The notes under the pieces: model-generated
Databases searched by the model: none
What the model was told of the DNA's origin: nothing
What the model saw: only the letters and a program-made list of their open reading frames with translations
Shown: positions 47,975 to 58,349 of the stretch, one piece after another
How the letters are laid out: every line of letters begins with the position of its first letter
Numbering within the stretch: the first letter of the stretch is position 1
Position numbers and translations under genes: made by a program
NCBI GenBank assembly: GCA_963721455.1
Contig: CAVRJG010000053.1
Coordinates: forward strand, 64,001 to 128,000
Length of the DNA stretch: 64,000 nucleotides
Reading direction: 5' to 3'
DNA from: an uncultured Methanosarcinaceae archaeon
GTDB lineage: Archaea > Halobacteriota > Methanosarcinia > Methanosarcinales > Methanosarcinaceae

Positions 47975-48110
47975 GGAAGTGTCGCGAATTTTCTGTAAAT
48001 CCGAAGTCAATTTTTTGTGCACTGTATATTATTTTGTTCTTCCGATATGGAATTTTCTAACTTGTAACTTCTTGAGATTTGTGATTTTACAGCAAATTAG
48101 GCACACTGCC
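47975..48110. mobile_element. 136-bp MITE (GGCAGTGT-type ends)
   Basis: GGAAGTGTCGCGAATTTTCTGTAAA ... TTTACAGCAAATTAGGCACACTGCC; same length and sequence family as 59716-59851. Confidence 0.8.
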
Positions 48111-48492
48111 GTTTAAAGTATAAGATCTTACAGATATTTCGTAAAATCCTTTCTAAATTAGGTAGCTACAACAAACTAGTAGAGCAAGTACAATTAAAAA
48201 AAAGATCATAAAAAGAAAAAATAATACCCCAATCAAAAAAAGTCCTGTTTCCACAATATCATCTTTTTTAGTGCCCTAAAATTAATAATATGGAATAGAT
48301 AGTAGTCTATATAAGTATTTTTAAATTTGTAAAGTGTGTTTTGAAATCAACAGTAATATCAATGTGGATTTTTTGATTAAGCTTGAAATTTGCACAGCTT
48401 GATATGCATATTCTCATTTAGTCTTTATATCTGATTATCTTTCGTACGTAGGTGGTCATAAATAATTTAATTATATTCTCCTAATACTCGAT

Positions 48493-49185
48493 TTATATTT
48501 TATAAAGCATATATTCATTTGAAATTGTATCTTTGTCAAAATGCAATCCACCTTGTGTGTCAACCTCCTTATTATCCGTTTGATATAACGTAAAATATAT
48601 GTAATAGTCTTTTTGATAGAAATCCAGATAACGTTCTGGTTTAATAATTTGTGCATTAACCATTAATTCTCCGTTAGGAGGAATTCTAAGGGAATATCGA
48701 TGACTATTATTAGAAGTTTTCAACTCAACTTTTCCTGGATCATCTATAGTAAAGGTAATTTCGTTAGCTACTTTTTCGTTTCTTGCTCCTTTTACTGTAA
48801 CAATATGAAATTCACCTTCGTTAGAAAGATTAATTTCGCTGGATTTAGTATTAATAATTTTAATATGTAAATCAGGTATTATATGAGATGAGTTATAATT
48901 AATGAAAAAAATTGTAGGGATTAATACTAAAATTATGATAATGATAAATCGAATACGTTTAATGTATGTGGGTATCATTTGTTTCTTGAAAAAAAATATA
49001 TAACTTACAATAACTAATAATATATACAATCCAGTAATCAATTCTATACTATAATAATACATTTTTAGTAGAAAGGCTGGAATAGATAGAACAATTGATA
49101 GAACAATTGTAGAAATTACTGTAGAAACTACTGTAGAAAAAATCACAGGAGTTGTTTCATCTAATATATCAGGCATACTTTTCAT
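48493..49185 (-). CDS. Hypothetical membrane protein (3 N-terminal TM helices plus soluble domain)
   Basis: 230-aa ORF; hydrophobic stretches in aa 13-95. Confidence 0.65.
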   Translation of the reverse strand: MKSMPDILDETTPVIFSTVVSTVISTIVLSIVLSIPAFLLKMYYYSIELITGLYILLVIVSYIFFFKKQMIPTYIKRIRFIIIIILVLIPTIFFINYNSSHIIPDLHIKIINTKSSEINLSNEGEFHIVTVKGARNEKVANEITFTIDDPGKVELKTSNNSHRYSLRIPPNGELMVNAQIIKPERYLDFYQKDYYIYFTLYQTDNKEVDTQGGLHFDKDTISNEYMLYKI

Positions 49186-49513
49186 AATATTATCAAAGTA
49201 CAGTTAATAGTAATATTTTTCTAAATTTCTCTTTTACAGTAGTTCTGGAAGCTATGAGAAGATATCAACAGAATTTCGTTCAAACAAGTGTGTGAATCAA
49301 CTCTAATTTTTGCAAATATTTATTTATCATTTTTATTCATAAAAGTAATATAAAAATGATTATTCTATTCAAAAATACTTTCACTCTGCTTTCCTTAATT
49401 TTATATTCTGTGAGGTCATTTTCAGTCATGATAAATATATTTGTAATTAATATGTAAAAAATCATCGCAAAAATTTGGACTACAAATATAGTAACTCGAT
49501 AATATAGAGGATA

Positions 49514-49975
49514 ATGATGAATATTATTAGAATCTCTGAAACAGAAAGCAAAATGTTACTAGATATGGGAATTGATCCAATAAAATGTAATGATTATCAA
49601 ATATTATGTCTTCCGGAAAATTTCCAGCAGGGTTCAAAAGATAATTTATATGACGCTGATTCTACAATTAATTTATATAAAATTCTAAAAAACAGTGGAA
49701 TAAAATGTGCTAATTCTTATGATTTAGGTATTGATTCCGAGACATCTATTAGACAAAATAATGACATATACCTAGGGTTAGTATGGATTTTTAGTAACAT
49801 TGCCGTTCCAATATTTACGAGTATTGTATATGATTATTTCAAAGGAAAAATGGGTAATAAAAGTAAAATCCATGTTGAAATTCGATTGCCAAATGGTAAG
49901 ATGTTTAAACATGAAGGCGATGCTGAAACTTTAAAAGAGCGTCTAGAAGAGGAATTTAAAGAGTATGAGGGGTAA
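49514..49975 (+). CDS. Hypothetical protein, first gene of an overlapping two-gene module
   Basis: AGAGGA RBS; central hydrophobic helix; stop lies at the start of the next gene. Confidence 0.7.
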   Translation: MMNIIRISETESKMLLDMGIDPIKCNDYQILCLPENFQQGSKDNLYDADSTINLYKILKNSGIKCANSYDLGIDSETSIRQNNDIYLGLVWIFSNIAVPIFTSIVYDYFKGKMGNKSKIHVEIRLPNGKMFKHEGDAETLKERLEEEFKEYEG

Positions 49976-50814
49976 TATGGGTGGAAATGTATTGGAAGAA
50001 AATGCACTTTCTACTCTTTCACAGTGTATATCATCAATTAAATCTAATGAACTGGATAAAGCAATATCAGAAGCACAAATTTTTATAGATAAATGTAAAA
50101 ACGTTATAAATACTGAGAGAGATTCGCACTGTTTTGAATTTTCTAATGAAGCACTATTCTTAGGGCTGGTTACGAAATAACTTAAGTAACACATAATTAT
50201 TTCGGAACGAAATCGTTGGAGCTGCTTATGAAAATAGTTACATACAGTGTAAAAATGTACTTAAGTTATTTCGCGGTAGATCCTTAGGTATTTTTTTTCG
50301 TGGGATACAAAACTTTGCACGTTTAAAGCAAATGACAGTATCTTCTGATTGGATAAGAAATCCTGAATTAGTAGAGAAAGTTTGGCTCGAAATGTGGGAT
50401 TGTAAAGATCGTTTAGAATATACATCTCCGTTAATTAAAACGATATGTATAGAGTGGATTTTTAATGACATTAATTCGCTATATCAGGATTTCTACCAAA
50501 ATTTTGGACATGGTTTATATGTAAGTCTAAGTTTCTTAGCTCAAAGGATGATGTGTAACATATGCGGTCAAGATATACGAGCTTGTGAACATCTTCCAGG
50601 TATGATTTATTCAGGTAAGATCTGTGGAGATATTCCACAAGGAATTACTCCCAACCATGTTTTACTTACAGAGCATCCCAATGATCCTCGCTGTAGGATA
50701 TGGCCTTGGAATAAGGGAGAAGAACCTAATGAGAAAGTTGGTAGTACTTATGGCGTATGTCTTTTATCTTTCTTTATGTTAGATGATTTTATGTATGAAT
50801 CTGGCTATAAATAA
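49965..50814 (+). pseudogene. Cys/His-motif protein interrupted by a 121-bp insertion
   Basis: Removing 50163-50283 plus one TTA joins ...EALFL to GIFFRGIQNFARLKQMTVSS... in frame; CNICG...CEHLPG..YSGKIC motif. Confidence 0.8.
50163..50283. mobile_element. 121-bp MITE with TTA target duplication
   Basis: Perfect 16-bp IR CGAAATAACTTAAGTA (50173-50188)/TACTTAAGTTATTTCG (50258-50273), GG...CC ends, TTA on both sides. Confidence 0.85.
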
Positions 50815-51332
50815 AAGAAATGATTAAATAAATAAAACAATTTTTGGGATGGATTCTTAATAAAGAAGTATCCTGCATTTTTTGTGAAGAACCTATAGAT
50901 GAATCTTGAATTCATCCAGATGTCATCAATTAGGGCAATATTAGAAACAGGGAAAACAACCCATGTAGGAACTTTATATTTTTTGGCAGAACATTATCAT
51001 AGTCAAATGTCCAAATTTTGAGTTATATTTTTATCTTTATAATTACTTATTTATGCCTTAATAAAGTCTTACTGGTTGCGCTTCCTTATACTTATTCACT
51101 ATTATCATTGTGATTCCTATTACCGTGGATGCCTACTATCAGGTAACGGATGTAAGTTATTTATTTTTTATCCGGGAATGGAAAAGAATGGGCGAATTGA
51201 TTGAGGTTCACTTCCCTTTCTAATTTATTTTCCAAATAGATCAGAGGCCTTCAGGGCTGGGAATTTTTCGAACAGCTTCCATTTTATGAAGTTAGCGATT
51301 ATTTTAATAATATCAGTGTATAATACAAGCGC

Positions 51333-51959
51333 ATGCCCTCAGAGTCGCGCAGGGACGAGGATATTTTCGAATCCCAATTTATTGATAAATACCTGAGCGA
51401 GTACGCGAGTGTTTCGTCAATCGTACGTGAGGCGCTGCCGTTTGAACTTATTGCGACTGTGGGGGGAGTCTTTGCAGGGATAATATTTTCGGGGATGACA
51501 AACGAACTTGAGATGATCCCGGGATTGATGGTAATTTATCCTGGCGTGCTCGGGCTGAGGGGAAACATTTCCTCTACCCTTGGCTCCAGGCTTGGCAGTG
51601 CAATTCACCTGGGGCTCATTACAGGGTTCGACAGGCATAACCCCGAACTCACCAATAACATCTCCGGTTCCCTGCTCCTGGGTGTTATTACCGCTATGAT
51701 GCTCGGATTTCTCGGGCACTTTGTAACACTTGCCCTTGGCTTCGAAAGTGCCGGCGCCTTTAAACTTATCCTGATCTGTGTAATTTCAGCCCTTACGTCC
51801 GGGGTAATTCTCTCTTTTGTTGCAGTCCTGCTGGCTATAGGGATGTTCAGATTCGGTTTTGATCCTGATAATGTTGTCACGCCTTCTATTGCAACTATCG
51901 GGGACATTGTCTCCATGTTCATGCTTTTCCTCTCGGCAAAACTGGTGATGATGCTTTGA
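51333..51959 (+). CDS. MgtE-family divalent cation transporter, membrane domain
   Basis: GLRGNISSTLGSRL, DPDNVVTPSIATIGD. Confidence 0.88.
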   Translation: MPSESRRDEDIFESQFIDKYLSEYASVSSIVREALPFELIATVGGVFAGIIFSGMTNELEMIPGLMVIYPGVLGLRGNISSTLGSRLGSAIHLGLITGFDRHNPELTNNISGSLLLGVITAMMLGFLGHFVTLALGFESAGAFKLILICVISALTSGVILSFVAVLLAIGMFRFGFDPDNVVTPSIATIGDIVSMFMLFLSAKLVMML

Positions 51960-52534
51960 GAAAAAAAGGACATCATACCCCTTACTACACAGTCAATGGC
52001 ATCATTCAGCGCGGGCTTCCGGTACTTTTGATCACATGTGTAATGGGAATTATTGTCGGACAGATTCTGAACTCAAGAGAAAAAAGCCTTATTTCTATGC
52101 CAGCGATACTGATTCTTATTCCTTCCCTTATCAAGATCGGAGGGGATACCGGCAGCATGCTCGGGGCCAGGCTTTCGTCGGCTTTCCATATGGGGCTTGG
52201 AGATAATCTCAGGAGTAACCCGGTAGTACGCAACAGCGTTATTGCAGCTTCAATTGTAGGGTTTGTTTCGTCAATTTCTGTCAGCATACTGGTCTTTCTG
52301 GCAAGCAATTTTATGGGATTCGGTATGCATTTCCTTACCCTTCTGGAAATCAGCCTTATAGCAGTTGTAATAGAACTTTCCGTTGTATACTCTGCAACAG
52401 TTGCCATTTCCTTTGCTTCTCACCGTTTCGGGATCGACCCGGACGATACGGTAATCCCTTTCATAGCAAGCCTTGGAGACCTTGTAGGGGTTACAGGAAT
52501 TCTCATAGCTCTGCACCTGTTGAATATTTTATAA
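51956..52534 (+). CDS. MgtE-family divalent cation transporter, second subunit
   Basis: GGDTGSMLGARLSS, DPDDTVIPFIASLGD; 4-bp overlap with the previous gene. Confidence 0.86.
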   Translation: MRKKGHHTPYYTVNGIIQRGLPVLLITCVMGIIVGQILNSREKSLISMPAILILIPSLIKIGGDTGSMLGARLSSAFHMGLGDNLRSNPVVRNSVIAASIVGFVSSISVSILVFLASNFMGFGMHFLTLLEISLIAVVIELSVVYSATVAISFASHRFGIDPDDTVIPFIASLGDLVGVTGILIALHLLNIL

Positions 52535-52684
52535 ATAATACCGTTTAATTGAAAGCCAGTGTTATTATTCAATTTTATAATATTCCAGGCAGGCTCTTAA
52601 ACGCCTGAATAATTCAAAAATTAATAATTACTATGAGGTATATACTCATACACACCAACATAAGGTAGAGTTGATATAGAGACC

Positions 52685-53884
52685 ATGTTCCCTAAAGAAT
52701 TCAGATACAGTCCAAGGAATCTTAAGGATCTTTTGACTGAGATGAAGGATACTTCCGAACTCATGGTAGACCTTGCGTACTCTGCAGTGATCTATGATGA
52801 TGAGGATATTGCAGAAGAGGTACTCAATCTTGAAGATAAGATGGATACCCTCGATTATCATATGAAGATGGCCGCGATGTTAAGCACACGCAGGGTTGAC
52901 GAGGCAGAAGAACTCCTCGGAGTTTTACAGGTTGCTGCGTCTTCGGAAAATATCGCAAATGCCGCAGGTGATATTGCCAAAATAGTTCTTATGAATATGG
53001 GCATTCCGATGGAACTGAAAGTAGCTCTCAGGGAAGCGGAAGAGACCGTAGTTAGGGCAACAGTCGCCACAGAATCTTTAATGGCAGGACGTACGCTTGG
53101 CGACCTCGAACTTGATCTCGAGACAGGCATGTGGGTTATTGCTATCCGGAGAAATGAAGACTGGATTTATGACCCTGACAAGGAAACCCGTCTCCGCCAG
53201 GGAGACGTTTTGATTGCCAGAGGGCACGATGAAGGAGTCCCGCTGTTCTTCGAGATGGCTACGACAAGGAAATTTATTCCAAGGGAAATAGAAAACAATA
53301 GACTCTTAAAAGACCTTGAACATGCTGTGGATATTATTGTGGACATGAAGAACATGTCCGAACTTTCGGTGGGGCTTGCATACTCTGCTATTCTTTTTGA
53401 CAACGAAGATATTGCGTATGAGGTCAGCGCCCTCGAATCCGAAATGGATTCAATGAAATACGAACTTCAGCACTGGGTACTCGAGACCGCAAAGCACGTT
53501 GAGGATGTGAACCTGCTCAGGGGAATCCTCCATCTTGCAAGTGCCTCTGAAGCTATTTCCGATGCCGCCTACGGAATTGCCGATACCGTGCTCAGGGATA
53601 TCGAACTCCACCCTATTATTACCCTCGCAGTTCGGAATTCCGAAGAGGTTATCACCAGGCTCCAGGTTGAGAAATGTTCTCCGATAGTCGGAAAGACTTT
53701 CTTCGAATTGAGGCTTGAGACTGAAACCGGGTTGCATGTGATGGCAATCAAAAGGGCTGACCGCTGGGTCTATGCTCCAAAAGGCAACACAGCTGTCCAG
53801 GCAGGAGACATGCTTATTGCCCGCGGCTCAAGGATTGGAGAAGGGGCACTTATAGAGATGTGCGAGTGCAAGTTGCGCCAGTAA
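52685..53884 (+). CDS. PhoU/TrkA-C duplicated-domain protein (ion transport regulator)
   Basis: Two EMKD.SEL.V.LAYSA repeats, each followed by ETG..V.AI.R TrkA-C segments. Confidence 0.85.
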   Translation: MFPKEFRYSPRNLKDLLTEMKDTSELMVDLAYSAVIYDDEDIAEEVLNLEDKMDTLDYHMKMAAMLSTRRVDEAEELLGVLQVAASSENIANAAGDIAKIVLMNMGIPMELKVALREAEETVVRATVATESLMAGRTLGDLELDLETGMWVIAIRRNEDWIYDPDKETRLRQGDVLIARGHDEGVPLFFEMATTRKFIPREIENNRLLKDLEHAVDIIVDMKNMSELSVGLAYSAILFDNEDIAYEVSALESEMDSMKYELQHWVLETAKHVEDVNLLRGILHLASASEAISDAAYGIADTVLRDIELHPIITLAVRNSEEVITRLQVEKCSPIVGKTFFELRLETETGLHVMAIKRADRWVYAPKGNTAVQAGDMLIARGSRIGEGALIEMCECKLRQ

Positions 53885-54066
53885 TTTGTCGCATGTGCTG
53901 ACAATTGACCGTAATTTCTCCTATCGTCTGTAGCTGATAAATCAATAATTACCTTTGGGATTGACAGGATACTGTAGATGACTGCCTGAACATCCTTTGT
54001 AAACTTTTTTAAAAGCCCATATATTCCTTATTTTTATACATCGGGTTACAATTACTATTCGGGAGT

Positions 54067-54951
54067 TTGAGTATGGCAGTTGTTGGGCTTTCAAGAAATA
54101 GAAATACTCTGGAATCCGTAAGAGCAGCAGTGGAACTGGCAGGAGGACTCGGAATTGAAGAAGGGTCTACTGTACTGATTCGGCCGAACGCAAATACCGC
54201 AGACCTGCCTCCTGGCTCGACAAACCCTGAGGTGTTGAGGGGGGCTATCAGGGAAGCAAGAAAATGCAATCCGGGAAAGATTATTGTTGCTGAAAAGTCA
54301 ATGACCACGCTGGATACCGAGAGGGTGCTGAAGGAACTTGGACTCTGGCAGGCTGCTGAGGCCGAAGGAGTGGATGAAATTCTTACTTTTGACCACATGA
54401 AACGCTTACATGTGAAGCCAGATGGCGCTTCCTCCTGGCCGGAAGGATTTGACGTCCCCGAATTTCTGGCTTCGGTTGACTACATGATTGCTCTTCCTGT
54501 GATCAAGACTCACTGGACTGCAACCTTTACCATGGGCCTCAAGTCCCAGATCAGCATAACTGCGGATAGGGATAGGCGGCAGCTTCCTCACGGGCAGTAC
54601 AGGGACGTGCTTTTCGGGAACATGATTGCCGAGTCAAACCTTGTCTACATGCCTGATTTTTATATCTCGGATGCTACAAAATGCTTTGTTACCGACGGCC
54701 CTAACCTGGGAACGCTGAGAGAGCCTGACATCGTACTGGCAAGTTCGGATGTGGTCGCAAACGACGCTGTAGGCCTTGCCCTCTTGAAAACCCTTGGCAC
54801 GGTTTCCAGGATACAGGGGCACTCGGTCTGGGCCCAACCCCAGATCATACGAGCTGTGGAACTGGGGTTAGGGGTGCACGGCAGGGAAGAAATAACTGTA
54901 AAAAGCTCAGGTGTCGAGGAAGTAGAAGAGATTATTGCCAATCTTGCGTGA
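54067..54951 (+). CDS. DUF362 family protein
   Basis: VLIRPN, TNPEV, LPVIKTH, FTMGLK, DVVANDAVG. Confidence 0.8.
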   Translation: MSMAVVGLSRNRNTLESVRAAVELAGGLGIEEGSTVLIRPNANTADLPPGSTNPEVLRGAIREARKCNPGKIIVAEKSMTTLDTERVLKELGLWQAAEAEGVDEILTFDHMKRLHVKPDGASSWPEGFDVPEFLASVDYMIALPVIKTHWTATFTMGLKSQISITADRDRRQLPHGQYRDVLFGNMIAESNLVYMPDFYISDATKCFVTDGPNLGTLREPDIVLASSDVVANDAVGLALLKTLGTVSRIQGHSVWAQPQIIRAVELGLGVHGREEITVKSSGVEEVEEIIANLA

Positions 54952-55243
54952 TTACGGTTTGGATACATTACGGTTTGGAAATAACCCCGGGCTGGAAAAC
55001 GCAAGCTCGCAGGCCTCAGGAAGTCGGATTTCCTGCCGCGTGAATTTGAAAAATTAAATTTATGAGGTTAGCAGGTTTTAACAATTTTACAGTAATTTTG
55101 CATTGATTCGACAGCAATTTTACCTCATCCTGTTTTCTGATTTTCCTCTTTTACCTCTGATTTCTCATGACTGTGCAAATATGCTCACCTATTACCATAA
55201 TTTATTTATTTTCGACGTCCCCATATGTTATGGGGGAATTTTT

Positions 55244-55450
55244 ATGAAATGCGAAAGCTGTGGAGAAGAGAGCGAAGGAAGGTACTGCAAGACATGTGGC
55301 AACATAATGGATCAGGTTGTCAGAGGAGTAGGAGAAAAACGCTGGGCGGCAATTGACGACTGTTCATATATTTATCCGCTTGTCCGGCGCGTGGCTAAAG
55401 GAGAACTTACGGTTCACGATATTATTCAGTCTCTTGATGTGGAAGACTGA
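55244..55450 (+). CDS. Small zinc-finger-like protein (68 aa)
   Basis: CESC...CKTC; GGGGGA RBS. Confidence 0.75.
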   Translation: MKCESCGEESEGRYCKTCGNIMDQVVRGVGEKRWAAIDDCSYIYPLVRRVAKGELTVHDIIQSLDVED

Positions 55451-55758
55451 CTTGTGCTGTCCTCTCGGGACTTCAGTCCGTAGCTTCCGGAGGGGCTTTA
55501 AGGGTCTTTTCCTCTGATATTTCCTGTAAGTCCGGGTTTTACGAGGTTAGCGGAGGAGCCTACCTCGTATCTGCCGGACCTCCTGCTTGAGATTTAAATA
55601 CGGCAGGAGGTTAAACTTCAATTCAGGTCTCGAACTGCACTGCAGCGATCAGTCTGTTGAGATTAATTTTTAGCGCAGCCTGAGCTTTAAGCCTTAAGGT
55701 TATATCTCTTTAGCTTTAATATTGCATTGTTAAGCAGTTTTCCTGCTGTCAGGAGCTG

Positions 55759-56349
55759 ATGCCGTACATGAACAGAAAATGCCGGTACAGTTTTTTGATA
55801 TTCTTGCTTGCAGGAACGCTTTTGATTTCGGGATGTATTCAAAACAAGAATGAGATAAACACTGGTAAAGAATCTCCCGATACTGGCAAAGGGGATGAAA
55901 ATGTGGACATCCAGAATATAAAAGTTTTTAGCAGCGCATTTGAAGCTAACCGTACTATCCCAAGAAAGTACACCTGTGTTGGGGAAAATATAAATCCGCC
56001 TCTGGAATTCGAAGGCATTCCGGAAGAGGCTGAAAGTTTGGTGCTTATAGTAGACGATCCTGACGCTCCCATGAAGACGTTTACTCACTGGATTGTCTGG
56101 AATATAGAACCTGTAGCGAAAATAGAAGAAGACAGCATACCCGGGGTTGAGGGAATAAACGATTTCAGGAAAATAGGTTACGGAGGGCCATGTCCTCCCT
56201 CAGGTGCCCACAGGTATTTCTTCAGGGTCTATGCTCTGAACAGGCAGCTCGAACTTAAAGCAGGAGCAGGGAGAAAAGAGCTTGAAAGCGAGATGATAGG
56301 GCATATCATTGCCGAAGGGGAATTGATGGGAAAATATAGCAGAACCTGA
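55759..56349 (+). CDS. YbhB/YbcL (PEBP/RKIP) family lipoprotein
   Basis: Lipobox ISGC; DPDAP, FTHW, YGGPCPP, HRYFF. Confidence 0.9.
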   Translation: MPYMNRKCRYSFLIFLLAGTLLISGCIQNKNEINTGKESPDTGKGDENVDIQNIKVFSSAFEANRTIPRKYTCVGENINPPLEFEGIPEEAESLVLIVDDPDAPMKTFTHWIVWNIEPVAKIEEDSIPGVEGINDFRKIGYGGPCPPSGAHRYFFRVYALNRQLELKAGAGRKELESEMIGHIIAEGELMGKYSRT

Positions 56350-56370
56350 TTGTTGAATGGGGGGAAGAGA

Positions 56371-56916
56371 ATGGAAGAGAGTATGACAGCTGAAAATAAT
56401 CCGGATTTTTTCGAAAATCCCGGGGGCGGCCTGGAAAAGGCAACCTTTGCCGCAGGTTGTTTCTGGGGGATTGAAGAGGCTTTCCGGCAGGTCAAGGGTG
56501 TGGTTGCAACCGCTGTTGGCTACAGCGGCGGGCACTTTGAAAAACCTACATATGAACAGGTCTGCACCCTTAATACCGGACATGCAGAGGCCATCAGGGT
56601 TATTTTCGACCCGAAAGTGGTATCTTATGAGGCTTTGCTTGGCGTTTTCTGGAAAATCCATGACCCGACAACAAAGGACCGGCAGGGCCCTGATGTCGGG
56701 AAACAATATCGTTCAGTCATTTTTTACCATGACGAAAAGCAAAAAGCTGCTGCATTAGCCTCAAAAGAAAGCCTTGAAAAATCAGGGGCTTTCAAAAACC
56801 CGATAGTAACCGAGATTGTGCCGGTGTCCGAGTTCTACATGGCTGAAGACTATCACCAGCAGTATTTTGAAAAGAAGGGTTTTCTGCAGAACGTGCTCAG
56901 AAGCTTGAAGAAATAA
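56371..56916 (+). CDS. msrA: Peptide methionine sulfoxide reductase A
   Basis: [29 protein letters not shown]. Confidence 0.95.
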   Translation: MEESMTAENNPDFFENPGGGLEKATFAAGCFWGIEEAFRQVKGVVATAVGYSGGHFEKPTYEQVCTLNTGHAEAIRVIFDPKVVSYEALLGVFWKIHDPTTKDRQGPDVGKQYRSVIFYHDEKQKAAALASKESLEKSGAFKNPIVTEIVPVSEFYMAEDYHQQYFEKKGFLQNVLRSLKK

Positions 56917-57184
56917 TATTAAGTAAAGTAGAAAAAGTTAATTAAATAATCAAATCTCACTATTTTTATATGTTCTTATTTTTACATTGGCTTACTTGAA
57001 TCAAGTATATAATGAATCTAAGGTTGCGGCATTTCTTTCAGATTTTTAATACTTTTCCATGCGTCTTCGGTTAAGTGAGGAATCGTGACAAATTACATCG
57101 ATTTCCACAAAGTTTTTCAAAGTATTCATTGATGTGAAGTTAGAATTGGATATCGATTTCAGTTTCAGTGCTCAAAATTTGGGA

Positions 57185-57716
57185 TTAATTTTTGCTTCGA
57201 AATCGATACCTATGGACAAGAAAATTCCTTAACCGATGACCAATGAAAGCTTTCTTAATGAATCTCTTCGCTGCTTTCCGATTTCGTTTTGCACTTAACA
57301 TGAAATCAATTGTATTTCCATTTGAGTCAACTGCTCGGTAAAAATATTTCCATTTACCTTTTACTTTGATATAGATTTCATCAACTCTCCATGAATCATT
57401 TGTTGGTCTTAAATGTCTTCTTATTTTCTTTTCTAGTTCAGGAGAATATTGATGCACCCATCTCATTATAGTACTGTGATCAACTTGAATTCCTCTTTCT
57501 ATCATCATTTCCTTTAAATTTCGATAGCTTAATGGGTATTTTAAGTACCATCTTACATTCAATAGGATAATTTCACCTACAAAGTGCTTCCATTTAAAGG
57601 AATTAGATAGCATGTCACTACCTTTGATTTCCTTTTTATTTTATTATATCCGTAGCAGATATTTTTTGCAACGGAACCATTTTTACTTCCATATTATGAT
57701 TTTTTGCAACGGAACC
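57185..57716 (-). mobile_element. Truncated IS6-family element (transposase N-terminal half, 57185-57613) with duplicated terminal IR
   Basis: FKWKHF, VRWYLKYPLSYR, VDHSTIMRWV, WRVDE.YIKVKGKW.Y.YRAVD; TTTTTTGCAACGGAACC at 57662-57678 and again ending at 57716. Confidence 0.9.
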
Positions 57717-58349
57717 GGACACTTAATATGCGCTTAAAATATGGGAACTAAGGATTAATATTCAGGAAAAATTATTCTTGGTATTTTATATAATATATAA
57801 TTATATTTATTCATACTTATACGATAATCAAACCTACTCCTCTCCAAAAGAAACAAGATCCCATTAGCATAGAACACGAAAAAATTATGGGTACGAGAAA
57901 TTATGGGATGCATGGGTGGAATTGGGGCTGGTCAGTTGGAGCTATGAGAAGGTGCGAAGTTCAAAAGCTAATGAAACCGACCTTCCGCAGATGTTCTCAA
58001 GAAAATGACATTTTTCTTCCTATCGTTTTTGGATATTTGCTCAAAAATTTGCAATTATTATCTCAACTGAAGCTTCCTGAAATATAAGTTAGAAGCTTTC
58101 AATGAAGGTACAAGATTGAAAAGTGTAAGACATTTCAAAAAAACATGTTTGAATAAGCAGGGCAATTTTCAGAAAAACGATAGCAGAAAAAATTGTGAAA
58201 ATTGAACGGACATCTGCGGAAAGTCAGATGAAAAGCTAATGATGAGTATAAGTAACACATAAGTAACACACTTCCAATAAAATGATATAAAAAATGTGTA
58301 TAAAATAAAATGTAGTGTATAAAATAAAATGTAAAAAGTGGGGATAAAT

